A stretch of DNA of 64,000 bases from Narcine bancroftii. Taxonomy: Eukaryota. Made by a program: the position numbers and the translations under genes. The notes below the pieces were generated by a model that worked only from the letters and a program-made list of their open reading frames with translations, searched no databases and was not told where the DNA came from. Numbering within the stretch: the stretch's first letter is position 1; each line of letters begins with the position of its first letter. Positions 25,544 to 38,035 of the stretch are shown here, piece by piece. The DNA lies in assembly GCF_036971445.1 (NCBI RefSeq), contig NC_091469.1, positions 188,418,001 to 188,482,000 on the forward strand, written 5' to 3'.

Positions 25544-26935
25544 ATAGAGCACTACAGCACAAAAAACAGGCTATTCAGCTCTTCTAGTCTGTGCTGACTA
25601 TTGTTCAAATCTAGTCCCGATAACCTGCTCCCATTCCAAATCCCACCAGACCTCTCCCATCCATGTCTCTATCCAATATATTCTTAAAACTCAAGGTATT
25701 CTGCACCCACTACATCAGATGGCATCTCATTCCACCTCCCACCACACTGAATGAACAAGTTCCCCCTAATGTTCCACCAAACCTTTCCCCTTTCACCCTA
25801 AAGCCATGTCCCCTCATATTTCTCTTTCCAAATCTCAGTGGAAAGAGTCTACTCACATTTACTGCCTATAGCCCTCAATTTTGTAAACCTCTATCGAATT
25901 TCCCCTTATTCTTTTTCATTCCAAGGAATAGTCCTAACCTGTTTAATCTTTCCCTGAACTCTACTCCTGAAGACTCAGCAACATCCTCATAAATCTTCTC
26001 TGCACTCTTTCTATCTTATTGATATCCTGTAGCTAGGTGACCAGAACTGCACACAATATTTCCAAATTTGGCCTCACCAATGTCTTATATAACTTCAACA
26101 CAACATCCCAACTCCTATACTCAATACTTAGGTTTATATAGGTCAAGATGCCAATAGTTACAACCCTGTTCAGCTAGAACACCACTTTCAGGGAACAATG
26201 TACCTTTATCCCCAGGACTCTGCTCCTCCACACTCCTTAATGCCCTACCATTTATTTATAGAGCAAGTCCTTCTATGATTTGCTCTTCGAAAATGCAATA
26301 CCTCATACTTGTCTGCATTGAACTCCATCATCCATTTTACTATCCCATTCTCCCTGTTGGTCCAGATCCCTCTGCAAGCTTTGAAAATCTTCCTCACTGT
26401 CCACTACTATCTTTGTGTCATCAGCAAACTTGCTGATCCAATTTTACCATATTATCATCCAGATCATTGATATAGACAACAAACAACAATAGTCCCAACA
26501 CATCCCTGAGACACAACACTCACAGACCTCCAGTCCGAGAAGCAACCATTCACTACCACTGTTTCTTCCACACAGCCAACTTTGAATCCAGTTTACAACC
26601 CATGTATACCTAGTGTCTTAACTTTCTGAACTAACCTCCCATGTGGGACCTTGTCGATGGCCTTAAAGTCCATGGCCTTAAACATCTACAGTCTTTCCTT
26701 CATCTACCTTCTTTGTAACTTCCTTGAAAAACTACAAGATTTGTTAAACACTACCTACCATGCACAAAGCTATGCTGACATCCATAATCAGCCCATGGCT
26801 GTCCAAATACCTATATATCTTCTCTCAGAACTCCCAATAATTTACCTACTACTGACATCAGGCTCACCAGCCTACAATTACCTGGTTTACTCTTGGAGCC
26901 TTAAAAAGCAGGACAATATGAGCTACTCTCCAATG
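25544..26935 (-). mobile_element. CR1 LINE 3' fragment inserted in the Gypsy 2 LTR
   Basis: Reverse-complement CR1 RT C-terminus and tail (atagagcactacagcac...ttctagtctg). Confidence 0.85.
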
Positions 26936-29900
26936 AGCTACTCTGCTGATGGCAGTGGCTGTCTACATCTCCAGTCTTGAACAACCCCCACATACCAGTT
27001 AAAGCTAATGTTATACATTACCTTGATTCTTTTCAAGTGATGAAACAGCCAACCCAGTTCAGTCTCTGTACTTAGGGTTAAGTTTACAGCTATGTCTGAA
27101 GCATGTCCTGTAGAAGCCCTCTGTGGATGTGGAGGCTTGGGGTGCAACAGCCTGAAAGTTTGTGTTGTCCATTGTATCATGTGTGGTCACTGAGGGAGTC
27201 CTGCCAATCTCAAGATCACTTATCAAATCCTGGAACAGTCTCATCAGGATTAGTTTGGGATGGGAGTGGCTCCCTTATTGGAAGGATGTGTCACCAGTTT
27301 CTTCTGTACACCCTCCCTTCTGATTGGACTAGGTATAACCTAGGCTCCTGGCAGCTCCCTTTGACTATACCCATGCAGTCGTAGCCCTGCATAGTCTGCT
27401 TTCTGATGATCTGCCCTTCTGCCAATCACTCAAGCAGTCAATTTGTTCTGTATTAGCATTTCTCCTGTGCCAGTCTTTTACTCAGCGGCTGGGCCTTGAT
27501 TTCTTGTGGGTTCCTCAATAATGGCACCAGAAGCCTCCTTGCCACCAGTCGAGTCATTCACGTCTGTCTTGACATTAGTCTTGCACCAGAGAGCCCAATG
27601 TAGCATCATGAGGGATGTTCCTCAGGTTAAGCAGACTGAGGAATACATCTGTCTTCTCCCCATGAGACTTTTCCATGAGCTGCTTTGCACTTCTTACAGC
27701 TCTCCCTCAGCCAACTTATTTGACTGGATATTCTGGGTTGCTGGTGATGTGGGTGAAGTCCCACGCTGTTGCAAAGTCTCAGAATCTTTTCCTGGTGAAT
27801 TGTCTGCCATTGACTGACAGCAGAATGTGAGGTGCCTCATGCTCTGAAGTGTCTTTTTAGCTTGGTTATGACCTCTGAGGAAGTAGCATTGCATAACAGG
27901 TCTATTTCGAATCATCCCGAGTATGAATCGACTACTACCAAGTATTGTTGACTTTGCCATTCAAAAATGTCTTTTGCCACAGTTGATCAGGGTAAGGTCT
28001 GCCACTGGGTGAAGGTGCAGTGGCACCTTCTGCTGGTATGGCTTAGTGCTGTTACACACAGAACGAGTTTACACTTGATCAATGTTTCAATTATTCCTGG
28101 CCAAAAAACTGTCTCTCTCCCTTCATTTTGTTCCCTCTGCACCCAGATGTTCTCTCTGCAGGATGCCAATGTAAATGTTTTGCAGTGAAGTCAGGATTAC
28201 CACTCTCTGGCCCTTCATTACGATTTCTTCATCGACAAGTAGCTCGTCATGAAATGGGAAGTAGGGCTGCACTTTTGGTGACAGGCTGCGCTGCTTATCT
28301 GGCCAACCACCCCTATTAAAAGTACCTAGGATCCTGAAAGTGGTGTCTTCAGCTGTGCATCTTCTTAGTTCCTTCAGTTGGGATGAGGAAATGTGCATGA
28401 CCATCATTACATCAAAAGTGCCCTCTTCCTCGACCAGTTGGACTGTGTATTTTCTGGGGGCATGGGATAGCACGTCAGTTAGGTGCATCTTTTTTCCACA
28501 CTTGTGTTCCAAAGTGATGTATTTCTGAAGTCTAAGCATCATTCTTTGCAACCTCACTGACGCTGCGTGCATCAGCTTCAATATCATGACCAGGGTAGGT
28601 GGTCAGTATCTATGGTCACTGTCTACCATCAACTTAGTCGTTGAACTTGGAACAGGAAAAAACCACTGCCAATGACTCCTTTTCAATCTGGACATACCTG
28701 GTTTCCTTGTCAGCGACTTTGATGCATAGACCACATGCTGCACCTAGCCATACTGTGATGCGTCACAGGTCAGCAAAACTGGTCTTCATATGTCGTAGTG
28801 CAACAAAACTGGTGAACATGACATATGCTTCTTTAAAGCATCAAATGCATTTGGTTACTGCTCATGCATGTCCACTCCATATCTTTGAGTCACCTGTCTT
28901 AGTGGAGCTGAGTTTGCTTGAGTCCAGGATGAATTTGCCCAGGTAGTTAACCTTTGTAGGTCCGTCACATCTGCCGGCAACAGCATCTCATTGATTGCCT
29001 TGGTTTTTTTTTAGGGGTCCGCCTTCAGGCTTCTGCTAGTAAACACATGGTCAACGTAGCTGGCCTCATTCAGCCAGAATTTGCTCTTCCGGGAGTTGTT
29101 GAGCCTAAGGTTTGCCTTCCTGGACTATGATGTCATTGGGGTACCTGGCCAAAATTTGCTCCATGCATCTCTGGCCAAATTGATCCTGAATGGCATCTGC
29201 AGAAATCTGTATCAACCAAACCCAGTACTGAATATGGTCGATAATGACAATTTATAAGAGAGCATGACCTGTCTAGAACTGAGAACAGTTGTGCCGACCA
29301 TTTGTGAAGCAACTTCCTCCATGGTGCGCTTTGGATGGTGCTTATCAGGGCTTTGAGGTTTTGCAGGTTTAGACATATCTGGATCTCTTGTCCATCTTTC
29401 TTCTTGGCAGTGACCATGGAGGACAGTAATTTGGTCAGCTCAGAGACTGGGGTAATCACATCCAGGCCTTGCATTATGACCAGCTCAGCCTTGACCTCGT
29501 CTTTCATTGCCACCAGTATACAGTGTGCCAGAAGAGCCATGGGTCTCACCTTTGAGTCAAGCCACATGGAGTTTGTTACTGGCAACTTCCCCAGCTCATC
29601 TGTGAAAAGGTTACCATATTCTGGAAAAAATTCTCTGGCACAAATAAGCTTCAGAGGGGCTTATTTGGTGTACTTCTCTGCTTAACGAGGAGTGCATGTA
29701 TGCACTCAGGCCCAACAGAAGCATGACATCTCCATGGACTACAAAGAACATTAGTACGTGCAACTATCCCTGCATATAGCACCACATCTGCATCGTGTCA
29801 TTGGTTTTGATTCTGCTGTCTCCATATGCCACTATACTTGTTAACCTGACACATAGCTTAAACTGTTCAGTTTTCCTCAGCTGACTGAAAGTCTTCTGTG

Positions 29901-30719
29901 ACACGATTTTTCACTTTGTTCCTGTGTCGACCTTCATTTCTACCATCTTGCCGTTGACTTTCATAGTCAAAGATTTCATTGTTTCCCCTGATTTGCATTT
30001 CTGTTGAGTTCCCTGCTATCCACAGTCAGCCTGTCATCTGGGTTGCTTCCCCCTTGCTGCAGCTGGTGAATTGTCATCCTAGGTCTGGGCCTAGAGTTGG
30101 TTTGCTGCCTGGCTCCTCAGCATCTGCTGAAATGGTTCAATTTTCTGCAGGCTCTAAAATACTGGCTGAATGCCAGGCACATTTCTCATTGTGCCACATG
30201 GTCACTTCTGCAGTTGCTGTCCTCTGCCCTGGATGAGAGTGTGGTATGGCCTGGCTGGCTTTTTCTCCTGACCTCCAGCCTGGAAGTCAGTCCTGTCTGG
30301 ACTGTGTCAACACTTGTGGCATGTTGCTGTGGAGGGGCTAGCTCCCTGCTATTCTCCTGTGGTTTCATAAGCAAAACAGGTAGAGATGGCCTTTGCAAGT
30401 GTTGGTAGTCGTCACGCAGAAGTGCCTTCCTAATACTGTCGTCACAAATGCCACATACCATGCTGATTTTAATTAATTCTTCAGAGCATTCCAAAGTTAC
30501 AAGTCTTTGCCCTGATTTTCAAATCGCTGATGTACGAGTTAATCGACTTGCCAGGCTTTTGGTCTCTAGTATTAAACTTGTGTCTTTCAATCATTACATT
30601 CCCCTGAATTTTCATTTTAGACACTCAAGCACCTCCATCATCTCAGCCGGGCTGGTAACGAGTTCCCCTTCATGCACTATCATACACGAATAACCTCTCC
30701 CTTCAAATGGCTTCCAGGC

Positions 30720-31081
30720 TGTAAGGTAAAAACATCATGAGATGGGACCGGAGAAGGAGTCATCCAGTACTAAGGAGTAACAGAATGCAGATGTGACCTT
30801 GTACATTCAAGATAAGCTTTGCACTAAGAATGATGTGCAGCAGACTAACAGAGAAGGATAGCAACAGTTTATTCATTGGACAATGTAATGGTATGATAAT
30901 TTACTAAGTACGTATCCTGAGGTATAAAAAAACACCACTTGCTGATAACGGCAGAATGCGCCTTCTCCAACTAACACTGTTAGTTGCAAGTGTTACAATC
31001 CGGCAATAAAGAACAAAGAACCTTGATTTCGACTCAGTCTGATGTTTGACTCACTCATTCATGAACAAAGCAGACCTAACA
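30720..31081 (+). mobile_element. Solo LTR inserted in Gypsy 2 gag
   Basis: TGTAAGGT...ACCTAACA termini, TATAAAA 30923, AATAAA 31005; interrupts the gag frame; no clear TSD. Confidence 0.75.
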
Positions 31082-32139
31082 ATTCCCACCAAATTCAATA
31101 AAATATGCTCTGGTGGGGACAGGCTTGTCACTATGTGCTGTTGCAATAAATATGTCATACTCTTGATCAAAGATAAGCCAGTTCTCAGCTACATTGCCCT
31201 CGAACAGGAGTGGGTCGGGCTGTCTAAATCCATCTGGCTTTATGACAGCTGCAACACGGTGTTGGTTACTCACTTTTAGTCATTTGGAAGGCCTCAGGCT
31301 TAGGATGCTTGTGATCCCGGTTCTAACACCATGTTTGTTACTGCGTGCTGGATAACAAGACAACTACTAAGTGTAATGTTAAGAAAACAGTTTACTTTGT
31401 ACACACAGGAGAGGGAACTTCTTACATGGCATACAATCCATACCAAAGCTTGTTTTTTCACCACTGCGCCCTCGCCGAGCTCTTCCATATGCAGAGCCCT
31501 GTTGTACATACGGTGGCTTCAGCGCAATTGCAACAGGTGCAGAGCAGCCAATGGCAGCAGCTGTCTATTAGGGGATGATCTCCCTGTTTTCTAGGGCCCT
31601 GTGCCAGTACTCTGCTCCCCTGGAGTCTGCAACCCCTCGTGGCTGCTGCCAATCATAGGCGCAGCCAACGTGGGCACAGACCCTATGATCACGGGATTTT
31701 AAATAAAACTACAGGCCTTTCAAAGCCTGTGCGGATCTGACGGCAGTTGACTGCTCGATTGGACCCCGTAGACTCGCTCCCCATGGGTCTGCACCAGCGG
31801 CAGTGCTGCCTTTTTTGTCGTACAAGACCATATAACAAGACCTGTAACAAAATATCTGCTCCCTTAAAATTGTTGAACTTCTTAGAGGCATTTTTTATTT
31901 GTCCTTACAGCTCACTATCCTGTTATTTTAATTTTCTGCCTCATCTTGAAATGACAAAAATAGTTATTAAATGTCAGTTATTCCACACATATCCTTGGTA
32001 TGAAATTACATGTTAAGCTGCCATTGCACTGTCAGCTGCTGTCTTTCAGAAGAGACATTATACCAAAGCACCATCTGTCACTTGTGCCAACAGTCCCAAA
32101 CACTGCTTCAAAGAAGAGCAGAATAAAAGTAACGGAATA

Positions 32140-32485
32140 GAATAATAGAAAGATACAGCACAAAGCAGGCCCTCCAGCTAACCAAGTGCATGGTGTCCAT
32201 TACTCACGCACTTGCATCAATCCCACATTAATCCTATTCTTTTAGACTCCCACTTTATCATCAACACTCCCTCTTGCCCCCCCAAACAAAAATTACCACA
32301 TATCTACCAGTAGCAATTAAGTGGCCAATTAACCTCCCAACTTGAGTCTTTGGGATATGGAAGTAAACAGCAGCATCCAGAGGAAATTTGTGTTGTTGTA
32401 GAAAGAATATGCAAACTCCACACAAACAATATTCAACATCAGGATTGAATCCAGGTCTTGGCGATTACAAGGCCTGTGCCATTGT
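32140..32485 (-). mobile_element. Old SINE (V-SINE-like)
   Basis: agaatatgcaaactccacaca...ggattgaatccagg (B box complement). Confidence 0.6.
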
Positions 32486-32840
32486 GGAAAGATGTTCATG
32501 TATAGGCTACCATGGACTGGACTGTATAGTGGTCTGTCTCTGGGCCACATTTTCTATCAATGTGGTCCCTACTGTCTTGGCCAATAGTCTGCAAGATTCC
32601 TGCTTTAATTTTTAAAATACAACAGAATTTTAAAAGCTTTCCTTGGAAGTTACTGGTCTTACAAATGTTGCTGCATCAATATTGCTGTCTTTTTCATAAA
32701 CCTTTCTTTTAATGCAGATATCTAGATATTTTTGCTCTCTGGGAACCTTTCTTTGGGAGCCAAGTTATTCGTGATCTGCACGTGATTTTAAAGTTTTAAA
32801 CAAGATGGCTTCAGACTGATTTTCCATTTTTTTTTTGCAG

Positions 32841-32874
32841 GTGACAATATGTACAGCTGTGAAAAATGCAAAAA
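32841..32874 (+). CDS. USP20: USP20 exon K (34 nt)
   Basis: poly-T gcag|GTGAC...AAAA|gtaagt; GDNMYSCEKCKK. Confidence 0.95.
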
Positions 32875-32989
32875 GTAAGTTTAGAGATAGATCTGCTTTT
32901 TCTGACATTGTTTCACCATTTGTTTTGATTGTATATGATCTATGTTTGATTTAAAAACAAATTGGAGCATCAGGTAATTGGGCCATTAT

Positions 32990-34626
32990 TCAAATTCCAG
33001 CATGCCAAAGGGTGGTGATAGGGATACAGAGGGAGGTGAGGGCCTCAATAAAATAATTGTTACAAAAGAGATAGTCATGAGCAAACAAATGAGGCTGAAA
33101 GGGGACAAATCCCTTGGTCCTGAGCAATACATCCCAGGGTACTGAAGGAAATAGTGGGAGTTATAGTCAATGCGTTAGTAGTTACTTACCAAAATTCTCT
33201 ATACTCTGGGCAGGTCCCAGCAGATTGGAAGACAGCAAATGTCATGGCACTTTTTAAAAAGGGATGTAGGCAGAAGATGGCTAACTATCAGCCAGTTAGC
33301 TTAATGTCCGAAGTCAGGAAAATGCTTGAAGCTGTTATTAAGGATGAAATAGCATGGCATTTAGAATGAAGGGGTTCCATCAGACAGATAGCATGGATTC
33401 AGAAAGGGCAGGTCTTGTTTGACAAACTTGCTGGAGTTCTTTGAGGATTTAATGGGTGTGCTTGATAGAGGGGAACAGGTGATGTTGTATATTTGGATTT
33501 TCAGAAGGCGTTTGATCAGACGGCACAAGAGACTTATCAATAAGATAGAGATGAATGGAGTCGGGAAGTATATTGGCCTGGATTGAAGATTGGTTAACTG
33601 ACAGAAGGCAGAGAGTCAGGATAAATGGGTGTTTTTCTGATTGGCAGACTGTGATAAGTGGGGGGCTACAGCTGTTCACAATTTACATTGATGATTTGGA
33701 AGAGGGGATGGAGTGTAGTGTAGCCTAGTTTGCAGATGACCAGATTGAGTGGAAAAGCAAATTGTACAGAGGATGTGGAGAGGCTGCAGAAGAATATAGT
33801 CAAGTTAGGTGAGTGGGCAAAGGTCCGGCAGATGGAATACAACATTAGTAAATGCAAAGTCATCTACTCTGGTGGAAAAATAGAACAGATTTTTAAATGG
33901 TGAAAAACTGCAACATGCTGTAGTGCAGAAGGACTTGGGAGTGTTTGTGCGTGAATTACAAAAAGTTGGTTGTAGTTACAACAGAAGGCAAATGGAATGT
34001 TGGCTTCATCACTAGAAAAATTGAATTCAAGGGCAGGGAGGTCATGCTGCAACTATATAAGGTACTGGTGAGGCTACACCTGGAGTACTGTGTGCAGGTC
34101 TGGTCTCCATAGTTGGGAAAGGATATACTGGCCTTGAAGGCAGTTCAGAGGAGGTTTGCCAGGTTTATCCTGGAGATGAGGGGGTTGACATGCAAGGAGA
34201 GACTAAATCTCCTGGGATTATACTCAAATTCAGAAGAATGAGAGGAGATCTTATAGAAACCAGATCATGAAAGGGATAAATAAGATAGAGAGAGGAAAAT
34301 AGTTTTCACTGTTCATGAGACCAGAACTATGGGACACGTACTCTATTCAGGGGAGTTGATTTAAGACAGATGAGGAAAATCTGTTTTTCCCCCTAGAGAG
34401 GGGTGAATCTGGAATTCTCTGCCCAGGGAAGCAGTTGAGGCTACTTCATTAAACATATTTAAGGTTCAGTTAGATATATTTTTTACATAAAAAGGAAAAT
34501 GGGGGAATAAGGGCAGGTAGGTGGAGTTGAGTCAATGATCAGATCAGCTGTGAACTTATTGAATGGCAGAGCAGGCTCAACAGGCTGGATGGCCGACTCC
34601 TGCTCCTATTTCTTATGTTCTTATGT
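32990..34626 (+). mobile_element. CR1 LINE 3' half, same subfamily as 21288-24626
   Basis: VPADWKTANV...NYQPVSL RT remnant; same tail ctcctgctcctatttcttatgttcttatg. Confidence 0.9.
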
Positions 34627-35676
34627 CAATGTTTGATAACCATCCTGCATCAAAGTTGAAAGTTTATTTTTCAAATCTCTCTAAAAATCTAAGTTAACGC
34701 TTAAAGTGCAGCACTGAGTGAGCTGCTGTACCAGTCATAATGTATTTTGGAGGAAGCATTAAATCAAAGACCCACCTATTAAAGAGCCCACAATACTATT
34801 TTGAAGATAAATCTGGGCAACTTTACTAGTGTCTGGGGCACTATTTATTGTTTTAGCTAAATATTTTTGAAAAAAAATATGATCTGATCATCATGGAATT
34901 TGATGCAAGGAAATTGGTTTCAAGGACTCCGCTTCAGAAATGTCTCATGGGTTATTAAGTGTTCTGGGATATCTGGAGGTCAGGAAAGATGCCATAAAAG
35001 TGCAAGCATTTACTTTGGCATTATCAGGCTCACAGTTTTGGATCTTTTTAACATTTATGCAGAGAGAAGTTGAAGAAAGTGTCGCTTTTAAAAGACATTT
35101 TAATTGTAGTGTTTTTAAGCTAGTTTTTTTTTTAAAGCTTTAAAATTGTAGTTAAAACTGGTTATTTGTCAAACATAAAATCATAGGCAGTGTATAATAG
35201 CCAAATAATTAAATTGTGCTAAAGATAAAGCCTGAAGAACCTTTACTGAAGTGAGAAAATTGCAAATGGAGGAGGCAGGGCAAACTTGATTTATGCCAAT
35301 TAAAATATTAATTAATTAATGTCCATGTTCTTCTTCATATGAAGAAAACTAGAGAGTGAATGAAATTGAGTCTTACTATTATTGGTGATCTATATTTGAA
35401 TCAAATAGCACAGAAGGAGGTTCATTAGGTCCATTAAGTCCAGGCTCATACTTTGCAGAGTAATCCCATCAATCCTATTTACCTATAATCTTGCAGATTA
35501 TCTTCTCACAAGTGCCTTTCTAGATAACTCTTCTTTCTGTCAGCCTTGAAGGCAGTGATTTCAATTCATTGCAATTTTTTTTTTAATATAAAGTATTTTT
35601 CTCAAGGGCTTTTGTACATTTTTCTTATCTCCAAGTGTGTTTCCTGGTCTTTCAAAGATCTGCTCATAGGAGCAGT

Positions 35677-35721
35677 TTTTCTTTGGCTTGGCTTCGCGGA
35701 CGAAGATTTATGGAGGGGTAA
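35677..35721 (-). mobile_element. 45-bp RTE 3' stub with 11-bp TSD
   Basis: TSD ATAGGAGCAGT at 35666-35676 and 35722-35732. Confidence 0.88.
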
Positions 35722-36030
35722 ATAGGAGCAGTAGGCCTCCATCAAATCTCCATTTCAACTTTAGTTGGATGGTGAGGAACCTCAGCTTCTCTAGTCTAAC
35801 AGAGGCTTAACTCTTTAATCTCTCCAACTATTTCAATATTATCTTCACCTTCACTTAAACTGCTCCATCATTACTAAAAGTGTGATGCTTGGAACTGGAC
35901 AAAAGACACTAATATTTATTAATAGAACCATAGAACATTCTAGTCTATACTGAACTATTATTCTGCCTAGTCCCACTGACCTGCACCCAATCCACAGCCC
36001 TCTACACCCATCCCATCCATGCACCTTTTA

Positions 36031-38035
36031 CATTTTTTTAATATTTTAATTTTGTGGTCAAATAAGTATCAAGAATTAACCATCACAAATACATAAATGA
36101 AAAGGAATCATTGATACAGGTGGTCCAAATTTCAAAACAATCCCATCCCTCTTTCCCCCAAACAAAAAACCCTTAAGAAAATAGAAATTAGAAAGGAAAA
36201 GCTAGAAAAGGAAAGTGAATAAAAAAGCATGAAAAAGAGAAAGAAAGAACTATCAGGATCTGGAATCCAATTCAGAAAATACAATTTTCTTACCTGATCT
36301 CAAATATGAGAAAAAGGATTAGAAAATTCAATATTAAAATGTCTTAACTATTCAACACTGCATTGTGCAAATAAGGCTGCCCTACCTGCAAAAAACATAT
36401 TATACTTCCTTAAATTATAAGTAATTTTCTCCAGAGGAACACAACTATGCATTTCCACATTCCATTAGTCTATGTTCAGAAGGAAATCAGACCTCCAGGT
36501 AACTCCAATACATTTCTTAGTCACTGTCAATGCAACTTTAAGAAATTCCAATTGGTACATGGACTGTCTTATTTTAGGTCTTATGTCCACAATATTTCCT
36601 AGGAAAAACAATTCTGGACTTTGTGACAATTGCTTCCCAATAATGTGGTTTAATAAAACTCTTAAATTTTCCCAAAAGGTTTTCAGTTTAGAGCATGAAA
36701 AAGTGGAATGTAAAAAGGTACCTGTTTATTCCCTGCATCGAAAACACATCAGGTATATGAGAATTTAATTTATGTACTTCTGCAGGGCAAGATGTAGCTG
36801 ATGTAAGTTATATTGCACCAGTCTATACCTTACATTATTGTATTAGTCATGCAATCATGACACAAATTGGACCAGGTCTTATTAAGACTAATATTCAAGT
36901 CTGATTCCCATCCTTTTTGATTTATAAAACTCCCACTTAGGAGTGTCTGATTGAAGTAAAAAAAATACATTACTAATGTAAATTTCTGATCTCCTTTTGA
37001 ATTAGAATCTCCATTTCACTACTCTCTTGTAGAATTATGGTTGGTCCTAATTAGTTTCTGAAAAAAAATTCTTAAATGAAAGTAACAGAAGATTTTTTTT
37101 TTTAAGTGTTCAAATTACATTAATTGCCCTTGTACATAACAATCTTCTACATATCCGATCCCTTTGTGGGACTAGGCATGTAGAATTATCCATTGTGAAA
37201 GGAATTAATCTATTTTGATTCAAGGGCATTTTTGGAGTTTTTTTTCTTGATCTAATTATTCTATTTATGGCAAATATTCAGAATATACTTTATTGATGTT
37301 GCCTCCTTTCCAGCAGAAATAGATTTAGTATCCCATTTGTATATAAAATCTTCTGTTACTCTCTCTCTCTGACTTTGTACAGTTCATTTTCCATCAAAGG
37401 AAGTGACAAATTTCATCTGGGCCACCCAATAGTAATATTTAAAATTCTAGAGTTGTATGATATTTCCAAATTAATTTTTTCATGGATATTCTGGCCAGCT
37501 TACCTTTCCAAAGAAAGTTCCTAATTAACTTATTCAAGATTTGAAAAAAATTCTGTAGTAATGGTATTGGAAGAGTCTGGAAAAGATATTGTAAACATGG
37601 GAATACATTCATTTTATTAGTGTTCACTCTTCCAATCTGTAACTGGAAAAGTTACTCATTTATTTAAATCTTCAACTTAAGTAAAAGGAGGTCGTTCAAT
37701 TTATACATTTTTTAAAAAACATTATCTACTTTAATCCCCAAGTGTTTGATCCCATTTATCGGCCATCTAAATCATGTATTTATCTTAGAATCTGTATAAT
37801 CTCTGTTTGTTAAAGATACATTTTCACTTTTATTCCAATTTATTTTGTACTCAGAGACCCTCCCATAATCTTCCAATTGCAAGTGCAGTCTTTGTAGAGA
37901 AGTTGCAGGTTCTGTTAGATATATAAATATCTTATGTTCATCTTGGTCCACTCTGATCCCTTTAATGTTTGGATCCAGTTGAATAGTTACCACTAAAGGT
38001 TCTATGGCCAATACAAAGAGCTGGGGATAGTGGAG
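36031..38035 (-). mobile_element. L1-clade LINE 3' fragment
   Basis: PQLFVLAIEPL, YKINWNKSE, KMNVFPCLQYLFQTLP...IRNFLWKGK; T-rich tail on + strand at 36031. Confidence 0.85.

Larger units (their letters stand above)
25333..31570 (-). mobile_element. Decayed Gypsy LTR retrotransposon 2 with nested insertions
   Basis: LTRs at 31332-31570 and 25333-26967 (split by CR1) share ttcttacatggcata...ccaaagc.tgttttttcacc...gtgcagagcagcc...gctgtcta. PBS TGGTGTTAGAACCGGGAT resembles tRNA-Leu. gag (GNVAENW), RT and IN (RLQRMMLRLQKY, HLGAEGTK) remnants. Confidence 0.88.
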
